Under the pieces are notes generated by a model that worked only from the letters and a program-made list of their open reading frames with translations, did no database searches and was not told where the DNA came from. A program made the translations under genes and the position numbers. Positions 23,637-36,869 of a stretch of DNA of 64,000 nucleotides are shown here, in pieces; positions within the stretch are counted from its first letter, which is position 1, and each line of letters begins with the position of its first letter. Origin of the DNA: Eledone cirrhosa (taxonomy: Eukaryota). Location of the stretch: the NCBI GenBank assembly GCA_964016885.1, contig OZ024744.1, forward strand, positions 117,304,001 through 117,368,000, given 5' to 3'.

Positions 23637-24927
23637 AAGGTTAAACAAGGTTCAATGAATAAATCAAAGAATGAGTTTTACAATAGATTGGAAGCACTCA
23701 ACAGAAATGGTTTTCCAGAGTTATTAATATTAATTCAAAATATTAACAAAATAGATATTCTTGTGATCAAGTATATTTTATTATACATATTTCAGAGGTA
23801 CTGAGTTAACTTCAACAGTACGTCCTCGTCAGATAAAGTAAGATGATGCATAGCATACCCTGACATAGTAGATGGTTAAGATTCAGTCATGGTAGTGAGT
23901 AATATATGACAAAACTCAATATTTATATACCTTAATATTGAAACATGAAAAAAAACTACATATAATACATATAATAGAGAGGGTGTGTGTGAGAAAGTTT
24001 AAAAAATATATATAATATAAATAATTTAATATTATATAATAAATTTAGTAAAGTTTACCTTCGTGAAGATGTAAAAACATTATGTTTTCTTTCTCGTGTT
24101 TGTAAATCCTTTAAATTTGATTACATAAAATTTGATTTTATAAATTAAATATGATAGTATACTTTAATATTAATACAGATATTTATTAACTTTTATAACC
24201 TAAAATATTATTCATTACTCTGAACTAACTTAAATTAAATGATTTTAATGTTAACGGTCAACCAGATATGTTTGAATATATATTGTATATATAGATAATT
24301 ATCTAAAGACTTGGTATTAACCTTCATATGAATACACCCAATTATATTTAAAATTTCGATTGAATACTTTTAAATAATTCAATAATTCAATGAATTGAGT
24401 TTTTTTCTTTTTCCTAAAGCTAAGCCCAAATGTTGTTCTATATAGAAATATACAATTAATATCTCCCTATATATTACACTATAAAAATTATTCCTCTTTA
24501 TCTCTCTCCCTGTAATCAACTCTCTTTTGCTTTCTATGCTCTTACTAGCTATATTATCCCCTCATCTGTTTCTTTCTCTATGCCTTTCTTTTATTTCCTC
24601 TGTTTTCATTAATTTAAATTATTTGAATCTCTAACAGTCATATTGTTGCTATATATTTTTTAAGCTTTCTCACACGCACCCTTTCTATTATATGTAGGTT
24701 TTTTTTCATGTTTCAATCTTAAGGTATATAAATATTGAGTTTTGTCATATTTTACTCACTACCATGACTGAATCTTAACCATCTACTATGTCAGGGTATG
24801 TCATGCATCATCTTATTTTATCTGATGAGGACGTACTGTTGAAGTTAACTCAGTACCTCTGTAATATGTATAATAAAATTTACTTGATCACAAGAATATC
24901 TATTTTGTTAATATTTTGAATTAATAT
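23635..24927 (-). mobile_element. Penelope-like non-coding element with ~280-bp inverted arms, each containing a hammerhead
   Basis: Arms 23727-24010 / 24651-24927; intact core at 23776-23838 (-); GAAA>GTAA copy at 24815-24878 (+); (TA)n flanks. Confidence 0.8.
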
Positions 24928-25207
24928 ATATATATAGTAATAATAATAAATGTGAAGACTAAAATCCAAAGAGGGCTCAATAAGGATACATATGTATAAA
25001 ATATATAAGAACCCTAGAGCAAATATTTATTAAAATAACAGATTAAAGTTTAAGCAAAGAATTGCTGCTTTCACCCTTAACGGGATGAATGTATGTAAGG
25101 CCATCTGAACACAAACGTGTGCTTTTTCTTACCCATTTTTTCTCATTTTCCCCATTCCTTCCTCTTATCACTCTTTACTTTCTATTTATCTTCTATTTCT
25201 AACTCTA

Positions 25208-25243
25208 TCTTCTGATGAAGGACTAGTGTCTGAAATGTTAAGA
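25208..25243 (+). ncRNA. Minimal hammerhead motif (degenerate)
   Basis: TCTT-CTGATGA-aggac.tagt.gtct-GAAAT-GTT-AAGA. Confidence 0.55.
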
Positions 25244-25364
25244 CTATCTTCCTGCTATTTCAAGCATTAAACTAATATATTTCTTCCATGTACTGTGTTG
25301 TTATTTTTGTTATTTCTGTTTGCCTTTTACTTACATACACACATATGTGTATATATATATATAA

Positions 25365-25446
<82 letters not shown>

Positions 25447-25489
25447 TAGTAAAAGAAGCAGAAACAATTGTATATATATTATACATCTA

Positions 25490-25745
25490 TCTAGGGCGGG
25501 TAAAATTCCTGAGATTCATAGATGAGTTCTCTCCAGCGGTCTCTGTCCCTCATTATCGCTGCCATGTCCTGCGTCTCCAACAGACCAGTGTCTGTCCTTA
25601 GGGCATCAACATATGTTAACCTTGGTCTTCCTCTTCCAGTGTGTCTGTGTAGGGGCTCCCAAAGGAGCACTGAGTGCAATGTCAACTCTGGATGTCGGTG
25701 AGCATGTCCAGCCAACCTCAGTCTCCTCTGTGTCACTCTCAAGCT
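25490..25745 (-). mobile_element. RTE/RTEX-group LINE 3' fragment
   Basis: RRLRLAGHAHRHPE...LLWEP..GRGRPRLTYVD...MRDRDRWR. Confidence 0.8.
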
Positions 25746-26619
25746 GTATAATATATATGTATATATATTATATATATCTATACAATATGGATATATTTTG
25801 TATTCAGACCTTGGATCTCTGACCATCTCTCTTTAGCTACCTTTTTTTAAATTTATTTTTTGAAAAACATAGATGAGGTGGAGAAAAGGGATAAGACCAT
25901 CATGGAATATATATGAGAATAGTTTCAATCCATAAATACTAGCATGTGCTGCCATCTTTAGGAACTTTTGTTAACTATTTTTGTTGTCCTTTGTTTGGTT
26001 TTGTTGTAGTTTATCTACTTACACACACGCATGCACATATATACACACACATATATATACACATACATATATGTACACATACACACACATATACACATAC
26101 ACATATATATATATACACATATATATATATATATACATATATATACACATACATATATATATACACATACGCATACATACACATCCATACACATACACAT
26201 ATATATATACGTATATATACACATACACATACACATATACACATGCACATATATATACACATGCATATATATATACACATGTACATATATATACAAATAC
26301 ACATATTTATATACATACACATATATATACACACATGCACATATGTATACACATGTATATATATATATATACAAATACACATATATATACACATACACAT
26401 ACACACCATTATGTACATACCATTTATTTTATTTTTATTTTCTTCATCTTGTATCATCTGAAGTGCGTTTGCATATGTATACAACTTTAAAGCTGCACAG
26501 ATTTGGTGTCGCTAGATTTGCAGTGCATTACTGATGTCGCTAACGCGTTGCGCCTGCGATTTTCCTTTTTACATGACTAATACTGATATTACTGCTACTA
26601 CAACTAACTATTATTATTA

Positions 26620-27120
26620 TTAGCCAGGAAGGGCAGGCAGTTTTTATCTGTCTGGTGGCCATGGCGAAAGAGATAGTAGGGTGGACATGTGTGAAAGGGC
26701 TGAAGACGAGCACTTACCTCTTCCGTGATGCCCTGATTAATTTTTTTCAAATTTCATTTGTAAAGGAAAATCAGGGTAGAGAGGGAAGTGCTCTCTTCCA
26801 AGCATTTTGTTGAAAGATGGGTGAGAGAGGCAAGAATGGACCTACTCAGAGTATATGCCTGTAAATTGAAAGTGGAAAACTGGGAGAGGGTACTTGACCC
26901 GGTGGTCAGGGTCACCGTGGCTTTTTTTTTAATGGGCTTTCTCCACGATGGCCCTTGGAAGTCTCGCCCCTATTGGGGAATTTTTCATTGTTCTTTTTTG
27001 TTACATCCTCTGTTTTTTGTTTTTTTTACATGCAGAAATGCCCATTTGTACCGTCCTGTATTGTCCTGTACTGTCCTTAATGTCTACTTTGTGTAAACCC
27101 TTGTCGTTAATAAAGAAAGC
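26620..27120 (+). mobile_element. Probable Tx1/L1-type LINE 3' fragment
   Basis: Degenerate ORF end ...FICLVAMAKE...FVERW, T-rich UTR, AATAAA, flanked by (ATT)n. Confidence 0.5.
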
Positions 27121-27326
27121 ATTATTATTATTATTATTAAGCAATACACACTTCAAATTTTAAATAGATCCATTAAATTATATATATATAAATTTTTTTT
27201 CTTTTTTAATTGAGATTGAATTATTTTCCCATATCTTACGTTAAATATTTTCCATCTTGACGTAATAGTCACTTATATATTATGAATTACTGTTGGCTTC
27301 TTGCTCACATTAATTTCTCTATTTTC

Positions 27327-27329
<3 letters not shown>

Positions 27330-27370
<41 letters not shown>

Positions 27371-30300
27371 GTAAAATATATAGTATAATATAATATAGTA
27401 TAGTATAATATAATATAATATAATTGTTTCTACTTTAGGCACAAGGCTAGCAATTACCCAGTGCATTACTGGTACTTTTTTTTATCGACCCCGTAAGGAT
27501 GAAAGGCAAAGTTAACCTCAGCGGGATTTGAACTCAGAATGGCAAGGGCCGTAAATCTATGCGTCAAAACATGGCGTCAGACCCTCTACCAATACTGCCA
27601 ATCCACCATTATATAATATAATTGTTTCTACTTTAGGCACAAGGCCAGCAATTATCCCAGTGCATTACTGGTACTTTATTTTATCGACCCCGTAAGGATG
27701 AAAGGCAAAGTTAACCTCGGCAGGATTTGAATATAATATAATATAATATGATATAATTGTTTCTACTTTTGGCACAAGGCCAGCAAATACTCAGTGCATT
27801 ACTGGTACTATATTATAATATAGTATAGTACAATATAGTACAATATTATATAATATAGTATAATATAATATAATATGATATAATATGATATAGTATAATA
27901 TTATATAATATAGTATAATATTATGTAATATAGTATAATAGTATATAATATAATATTCATCATGATCATCATCATCGTTTAACGTCTATCTTCCTCTCTA
28001 GCATGGGTGAAATATAATATAATATTAGATAATATAGTATACTATTATATAATTGTTTCTACTTTGTACTCAGTACATTACTGGTACTTTATTTTATTAT
28101 AATATTATATAATATAATATATAATATTATAATATATTATATTAAATTTTACCATATTACATAATATTATACTATATTATATAAAATAATATAATATAAT
28201 ATAATATATTATATTATATTATATTATAAAATAAAATATAATATAATATGATAAAATATAATATAATTATTTCTACTTTTGCCACAAGGCCAGCAATTAG
28301 TCTAGTGTATTACTGGTACTTTATTTTATCGACCCCGTGAGAATGAAAGGCAAAGTTAAACTCAGCGGGATTTGAACTCAGACCATAAAATCCATAAAGG
28401 GCTGTAACTCTATGTTGCAAAGCATGGCATCCGGCCCTCTACCGATACTGCCAATCCACCACACTATTATATAATATAATAAATATTAGTGGAGGCATAT
28501 GGCTTAGTGGTTAGAGCATTGGCCTTACAATCGAAAGGTTGTGAGTTCAATTCTCGGACCGGGTGATGTGTTGTTTCCTTGAGCAAGAGACTTTATTTCA
28601 CGTTGCTCCAGTTTACTCAGCTGTAGAAATGAGATGATAGGGACTGGGGTCCCTATCATTCCACTGCAAAGTGGTCGTGGAGGTGCCACGGCAAAAAAGC
28701 ACCCAGCACTCACTGTAAATGAGGTTGGTGTTAGGAAGGGCATCCAGCTGTAGAAATCAAGCCAGAATCAGTTCCCGTCCCACCCTTGCAAGCAGGGAAA
28801 AGCGGACGTAAAATGATGATGATGATGATGATGATGATAATATAATATAATAAATTAATATAATATAATATAATTAATATAATATAATATAATAAATATA
28901 ATATAATATAATTAATATAATATAATATAATAAATATAATATAATATAATTAATATAATATAATATAATTAATATAATATGATATAATTAATATAATATA
29001 ATATAATAAATATAATATAATATAATTAATATAATATAATATAATTAATATAATATAATATAATTAATATAATATAATATAATTAATATAATATAATATA
29101 ATAAATATAATATAATATAATAAATATAATATAATATAATTAATATAATATAATATAATTAATATAATATAATATAATTAATATAATATAATATAATAAA
29201 TATAATATAATATAATTAATATAATATAATATAATTAATATAATATAATATAATAAATATAATATAATATAATAAATATAATATAATATAATTGAAAGGG
29301 AAAGTCGACCTCAGCGGGATTTGGTCTCAGAATGGTTCATATAATATATATAATATAATATAATATAATATATATAATATAATATAATATAATATAATAT
29401 ATAATATAATATAATATAATATATAATATAATATAATATAATATATATAATATAATTGTTTCTACTTTTGGCACAAGGCCAGCAATTATCCCAGTGTATT
29501 ACTAGTACTTTATTTTATCGACCCCGTAATAAATATAATATAAATAAGAAATATAATATAATAAATATAATATAATAAATATAATATAATAAATATAATA
29601 TAATATAATATAATTAATATAATATAATATAATTAATATAATATAATATATTATATAATATCATATAATATCATATATAATATAATATATAATATATATT
29701 ATAATATATTTTAATATATAATATATAATATAATATATTTTAATATATAATATATAATATAATATATTTTAATATATAATATATAATATAATATATTTTA
29801 ATATAATATAATAAATATATAATATATAATATATAATATAATATATTTTAATATATAATATATAATATAATATATTTTAATATAATATAATAAATATAAT
29901 ATAATATAATATAATAAATATAATAAATATAATATAATATTATATAATAAATATAATATAATATAATAAATATAATAAATATAATATAATATAATATAAT
30001 ATTAATATAATGTAATATTATATAATATAATATAATATAATATAATAGTTTCTACTTTAGGCACAAGGCCAGCAATTACCCAGTGCATTACTGGTACTTT
30101 ATTTTATCGACCCCGTAAGGATGAAAGGCAAAGTTAACCTCAGCGGGATTTGAATTCAGATCGTAAAGGGACGTAACTATGCTGGAAAGCATGGCGTCTG
30201 ACCTTCTACCGATACTGCCAATCCACCGCCCTATAATATAATATAATTAATATAATATTACATAATATAATAAATATAATATAATATATATAAATTAATA

Positions 30301-30940
30301 TAATATAATATAATATAATATAATAAATAATATAAATATAATATAATATAATTAATATAATATAATTGTTTCTACTTTTGGCACAAGGCCAGGAATTATC
30401 CTAGTACATTACTGGTACTTTATTTCATGGACCCCGTAAGGATGAAAGGCAAAGTTAACCTCGGCAGGATTTGAACTCAGACCATAAAGGGCCGTAATAT
30501 AATATATAATATAATTAATATAATATAATATAATATAATATTACATAATATAATATAATTAATATAATATAATATTATATGATATAATATAATAAATATA
30601 ATATAATATATATAATTAATATAATATTACATAATATAATATAATAAATATAATATAATATAATAAATATAATATAATATAATATAATATAATTAATATA
30701 ATAAATATAATTGTTTCTACTTTTGGCACAAGGCCAACAATTACCCAGTACATTACTGGTACTTTATTTTATCGATCCCGTAAGGATGAAAGGCAAAATT
30801 TAACCTCGGCAGGATTTGAACTCAGAATGGAAAGGGCCATAAATCTATGCGTCAATTCACCGCCCTATAATATAATATAATATAATTAATATAATAAATA
30901 TAATAAATATAATATAATATAATATAATATAATATAATCA
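27330..30940. repeat. (TATAA)n-type AT satellite containing ~10 same-orientation SINE family 1 copies/fragments and one SINE family 2 copy
   Basis: SINE1 tails at ~27423, 27621, 27756, 28051, 28267, 29455, 30047, 30365, 30710 plus a fragment at 29293; SINE2 at 28492-28836. Confidence 0.9.
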
Positions 30941-31099
30941 CTCAGATTCAAACAAATAGTTAAATATTATGATATTAACTATTATTACTGAGTTTTAACT
31001 TTTTAGATATCAGGTATTAGAGCGTGTTTATTTACAATATATATATTTATAGTTTAAATTAATTTAGCACTTGTTAAACGTATATCATAAACATATTAT

Positions 31100-31672
31100 G
31101 TCTCAGGAAAATTGTGATATTGTCGGGGAGATGTGTGTCCGTAATGACGAAGCTACGGAGTGGGTAGACCAAGAAAAATCTGGGACGATGTGATAAAAAC
31201 TGACCTTACTCACTTATACCTCTCTAAGACAATGTCACTGGATCGAGACCTTTGGCACCATGCAGTTGTACAGAAGACCTGACTACCATTGCATATAAAT
31301 CTACACTCAGTAGGCACCTCTTAACCCAATGTACACCCCACCTTACACCCCCTACCCCACCACCTCTCTCCCGTTCTGTCCACTGTGTCGATGACACAAC
31401 AGTCCACACTCTAAGGTGGCCATGTAGGAGACACGGTAAAAAGGCTCCCAGTCCACACTGTAAGGTGGCCATGTAATAGACATGGTAAAAAGGCTCCCAG
31501 TCCACACTGCAAATGTGGTTGGTGTTAGGAAGGGCATCCAGCCGTAGAAAACCTGCCAAAGACATTTCCGTGTGAGCGAGACATGGTCTCCCGACCATTC
31601 CCGTGTCAAATGGAACAAAACTGTCTAACGCATGCTAGTGTGGAAGATGGACATTAAACGATGAGGATGATG
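31100..31672 (+). mobile_element. RTE family A-like 3' fragment with large internal deletion
   Basis: ENCDIVGEMCVRND (mid-ORF) fused directly to the GRPRKIWDDVI C-terminus and 3' UTR. Confidence 0.8.
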
Positions 31673-31736
31673 TGATATATATATCAGATAACATACATAT
31701 ATTGTGTATTTAATAATAATAATAATAATAATAATT

Positions 31737-32626
31737 CTGTAAAACACCCAGAAAGAGCTAACAATCCTGATGTTGACAAAACTTTAATCCATCAGTGGTT
31801 GGCATCCTCTAGACTGAAATTGGAGACTGAAGGACTGATTATATCAGCACAAGATCAGTGTCTGCCAACAAAAAATTACCAAGCCAACATAATAAAAAAT
31901 GGATGCAACCCATTATGCCGTGTATGTAAAAAACAACCAGAGACCATTGATCATATAATTTCAATGTACAGTCCAATAGCTCCAACCAAATACCTAAACA
32001 GGCATGACAGAGCTGTACAATACATACATTGGATAATATGTAAGCATTTTGACCTGCCCCATCAAAAGAATTGGTGGGAGCATCAACCACCTCCCATACT
32101 TGAAAAAGATCACATCTCAATCTTGTGGAACTTTAGCATCCAAACAGACCGAAAAATAGATGCAAATAGACCTGATATAATACTGAAGGACTTTAAAAAG
32201 AGTGTATGCCTGCTAATTGATATGTCTGTTCCTATAGACAAGAATGTATCTATAAAAACATTTGAAAAATTGATAAGTATAAGGACCTGGAGATAGAAAT
32301 TGGAAAAATGGGGAAATTGAGAACTAAAATAATACCAGTGGTTGTAGGCGCTCTAGGAATGATACCTAAGGGCTCTAATGATTACTTATCACAAATCCCA
32401 GGAAACCCGCGTATAGGAGAAATACAAAAGATAGTACTAATGGGAACTGCCCATATACTAAGGAAGATTCTGTCAATATGAGTACATCACAAGTCTAAAC
32501 ACCTAAAGATGCATGTATTTGTATGTATGTTCTTTCTTGAACATGGCGGACCTTGTTGTCTCTTGAGGTCACTGGTTGTGACTTGGTGATAACTCATATG
32601 AACATAAAGCAAGATAAATGCAACTG
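31737..32626 (+). mobile_element. R4/Dong-clade non-LTR retrotransposon 3' fragment (restriction-like endonuclease)
   Basis: ETEGLIISAQDQ, CRVC..ETIDHI, RHD, NRPDI..LID, then after a frameshift PVVVGALG..GTAHILRK*; embedded in (TAA)n on both sides. Confidence 0.9.
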
Positions 32627-33145
32627 TAATAATAATAATAATATAAATAAATGAAAAAAAAAACAGTAGAGATACGAAAACTTCACTAAACTACTTAAGT
32701 AAATTTCTATATTCTTTTACAAAGAGACAGCACCTGTCACTTAAAAGAGGGATACTAATTTCAAAAAAGGCGACACACACAAATGTATAAAACTGTGTTT
32801 ATTGATTTTATATACATGATATAATTCACAAATTACTTTATATATATATAGACAGAGAGAGTGTGTGTGTGTGGTGGGTGGGGGTGGGGGTGTTAGTTCC
32901 ACAACAAATTAACAAACCATACATGAGAACATATATTTCACACGGTATTAACTCTATACCAAACTCATCATTTGGTCTCGGTGCTCCACTAACTTGGTGG
33001 ATATAACTTTCTGTTTTTTCGTTACTATATATATATATATACTCCAGTAATCTGTTGAGTGCTTTATATCAGTTATAAAACTTTTAAGCTTGTTGAATCC
33101 CAACAAATTAAAAATAACTTTTGCAAATATATATATATATATATT

Positions 33146-33188
<43 letters not shown>

Positions 33189-33192
33189 TTAT

Positions 33193-33283
<91 letters not shown>

Positions 33284-33294
33284 TATATATAACA

Positions 33295-33484
33295 AAGGAA
33301 ATGTGGTAAGGAACCAGGTGGACCATAACGCACCAAAGTACTCAATACTTAGGGTAGTAGAGTGGGTAATAGAAACGAGTAGGACCCCGACGGTTAAGCT
33401 CAAGCCGTTTCGACGGCTAATTCATCCAGAATTAGCCGTCGTAACAGCTTCAGCTCAGCCGTCGGGGTCCTACTCGTTTCTATT
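33295..33484 (-). mobile_element. Short TA-inserted element with 115-bp GC-rich hairpin (related copies at 33935-34075, 49110-49170, 50293-50480)
   Basis: Hairpin 33368-33484; tail ...gagtactttggt.cgttatggtcca.ctggttccttaccaca. Confidence 0.75.
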
Positions 33485-33634
33485 TATATATATATATATA
33501 TTTATATATATACATATATATATATATACTCCAGTTGAGTGCTTTATATCAGTTATAAAACTTTTAAGCTTGTTGAATCCCAACAAATTAAATATAACTT
33601 TTGCATATATATATATATATTTATATATATACAC

Positions 33635-33689
<55 letters not shown>

Positions 33690-33796
33690 CATATATATAT
33701 ATACACATATATATATATATCATCATCATTTTATGCCCATATATATAATGTGGATAATATCCAAAAATATCTGAATAACTTCCCATATTATTATAT

Positions 33797-33841
33797 ACTC
33801 TGATGATATCGGCCTTGTGCAAGGATGAAACGATTGTAAGT
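33797..33841 (+). ncRNA. Type I hammerhead motif (intact core), followed by an inverted partial copy at 33868-33912
   Basis: ACT-CTGATGA-tatc..ccttgtgcaaggat-GAAAC-GATT-GTA-AGT. Confidence 0.75.
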
Positions 33842-34319
33842 GATTAAATAAATAACAATCAAAGACTATCACTTACAATCGTTTCATCCTTGCTAAAGGC
33901 CGGAATCCTCATATATATATATATATATATATAACAAAGAGGGTGTGGTAAGATACCAGGTGGACCATAACACACCAGAGTACTCAATGTAGTAGAGTGG
34001 GTAATAGGAACAGAGTCTGGAACCCGGCGGCTGAGTTCCGGCCATTTCGACAGCTAGATCCAAACTAAAGCATGTTATCTGATGCTCTACCAATTACTAC
34101 TAATCCAGTATCCTCATCATAATAATGGTTTATGTATATTTTGAACTGCTATCAGTTCCAATACCAAATGTTCCAGCCTGCTCATCACATTAATGTGCAA
34201 GTGGCTGAGTATTCCACAGATGTGTATTCGTAGCATAGCTCTCAGGGAGATTCTGCATGACAATGATTGACAAAACTAACTATTTGAATTCTTAAAAACA
34301 AATAATCTAAAGCCAGTGT

Positions 34320-34825
34320 CAAGCCCGGCAGCTCACCAGGCCGCTGCTTAACTCAGTTTCTGTGGCCTGATGTGACTCACACTGGATAGGATGCCAGTCC
34401 TTGTGTGGCCTGATGTGACTCACACTGGATAGGCTGCCAGCCTTGTGTGGCCTGATGTGACTCACACTGGATAAGATGCCAGTCCTTGTGTGCCTCATGT
34501 GACTCACACTGGATAGGATGCCAGTCCTTGAGCTTGGAGGCTCATCAAGCTGGTGCTTATCCTGGTTTCCGTGGTGTGAAGTGACTGGGAATACAAGACT
34601 TCTCCCTGGATAGGACACTAGTCCATTGCAGGGTTAAAGTCTGTCTCAAACCTGGAAGCTCATTAGGCCGGTTCTTATCTCAGTTTCTGTGGTGTGAAGC
34701 AACTGAGAATACACGACTCCCCTGGATAGGACACTAGTCCATTGCAGGGTTAAACCTCCATCTATTGCTGGAGCTCATTTTCAGCTGAGTATACTGGAGT
34801 AATGTGAAATGAAAAATTTGATCAA
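34320..34825 (-). mobile_element. Old CORE-like SINE remnant with ~42-bp tandem repeats
   Basis: cagctgagtatactggag..gtgaaat matches the SINE2 core; tgtgactcacactggatagg repeated 4 times. Confidence 0.55.
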
Positions 34826-35211
34826 ATTGAAATATAAACATATAATGCTGTAAGGGGAGGGGGGCGTAACTAGAAAGTAACTAAGTTAAATTGAATTGAA
34901 TTAAGGATTGGTTGGAATTGTTTTTAAAAGAAAGTGTGCTACTTTGTCTGTCTCTGTAAAATAGACAAACCTGGGTTTTTAAGCTTATTGTACCGGCTCC
35001 TGGTAAATATAAACAGTGTTAGTATTAGGGCTTAAATTGTATTTATAATTGGCGGAGAAAATAAATAAACTTGTGTATTGAATCTATGTCATTAACCCTT
35101 TCATTACCATATTTCTAATGAAAGACACTGTCTATGTCATTAACCCTTTCATTACCATATTTCTAATGAAAGACACTGTGTATGTTTTTCCAAGAATTTG
35201 GAGGGATTTAA

Positions 35212-35390
35212 TAATTGTTTCTACTTTTGGCACAAGGCCAGCAATTACCCAGTGTATTACTGGTATTTTATTTTATCGACCCCGTAAAGATGAAAGGCAA
35301 AGTTAACCTCGGCAGGATTTGAACCCAGACAATAAAAGGGCCCTAACTCTATGTTGCAAAGCATGGCACCAACCTTCTACCGATACTGCC
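35212..35390 (-). mobile_element. SINE family 1
   Basis: Core, tail and A box present. Confidence 0.9.
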
Positions 35391-36767
35391 CTTTAATTAA
35401 TAATATAACTAACTCTGTCATTAAGCTGGTGTTTGGAACATAACTTAACAAAGGTTCTTACATAAAATAGAAGTAACACTAATCTTGTTACTGTGGTTGT
35501 TTCTCAAACAAGTGATTCTGGAGTTAGTCTCAAGTCTGATAGTAGTATTTTGTGGAGTAGAGACAGCAGGTGTGGCTGGAGTTTTCTGTAAGTAGTTCAC
35601 TGCTGTTTAAAGCCTGATAGACAGAAACATGGTGGTAGGTGTAGATTTCGGATTGTGTTGGGTATTATGTTCTTGTTCAGGCAGCATTTAAGTTGATTTG
35701 GCAGCCAACTTTCGCCTGTCTCTCTGATACTTGGAACAGTTTCTTAACAGTTGCAAACTTGGCCTGCTTTGTGGGTAGGTATAAGAGACTGTTGTTTGCT
35801 TGAAGCATTGTGTGGAGTGCAGAAAATAGTGTTTTATTAGAAGGCTTCTACAATACAAACAGGAAATTAATTGTTAAAAATGTAATGATAACAAAGAGGT
35901 AGGGGCGTTACTTTGCAGTTGTTTATAGCTTCTTCCTTATATTTTGGAAATGGTTACATACAACCAACATGATTTCACAGAGGAAATATAAATATAAATA
36001 TATTTTTATATTAAAAAAAAAGAGAGTCCCGCGTGACTAAAGACATACATAGAAATAAAAATATGGTGAAGACAGGAAAATGGAGGAATACAGACAGCAG
36101 TCCCATCTCATCAGTGCTCTAAGGTTGATACAACTGGCTCTAGTGTACAATGGAAAGTAACAAATGGGCAAAGGACAAGATAGTTTTAACAACTATTAAG
36201 TGTGTGTGTGTGTATATATATATATATGAATAAAAAAAATGGCGAGCTGTGTGGTTGCAATTAAGTATAATGAAAAATATAAGTTACAGACAAAAGAGAG
36301 GAATATCCATCGTCAGTTGTCTGCTAAGAATCATAGGTGTTTCTTCGCGTTAGAGACAAGATACCTTGCCCTAGGGTGAACAATAACTTAAATAAGTTAT
36401 TGGGATAAAAAGGGGGGGGGGGAGAAAAACATGTAAACAGACACGAAGGGTGAAGCAACGTAAAGAGAGGAAAAATAGGAAAAATATCAAGTCAACAACT
36501 CATTTCGAACGTAAGAACTGGCGAGTTTGACGAGAGAGAAGAAGACACGTCTTCGCTGTGTAGCAGTGTTAGTGAGAGAAGAAGCTGCTGACAGTGGCGG
36601 ACGAGGGAGGAAGTGAGCTATATATATATATATATATAAATGTAATCTGAGTTTTTCGAATATTAATAATAATATTCGATTTGTTTGCAATTATGCAAAC
36701 AGCCTCTTTAAAGCCATGTCAGTAGAATGAGCTCCTCATACTTGCTCTTGTGTTGGCATGTAAACAG

Positions 36768-36815
36768 AACTGCAGACACTAATGTTTCTTGGTATTACCC
36801 TTCATCAGTACAGTT
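36768..36815 (-). ncRNA. Type I hammerhead motif (intact core)
   Basis: AACTGTA-CTGATGA-agggtaataccaa-GAAAC-ATTAGT-GTC-TGCAGTT. Confidence 0.85.
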
Positions 36816-36869
36816 TACTGTTCACCTGCCAATGAATTTTCCCTCTTACTACTATTTCACGACAATATA

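Noticed and set aside
34849-35091. Possible solo LTR (TG start, TATA-like box, AATAAA)
   Set aside because: No matching TSD or confident CA end, and no internal LTR-element sequence nearby.
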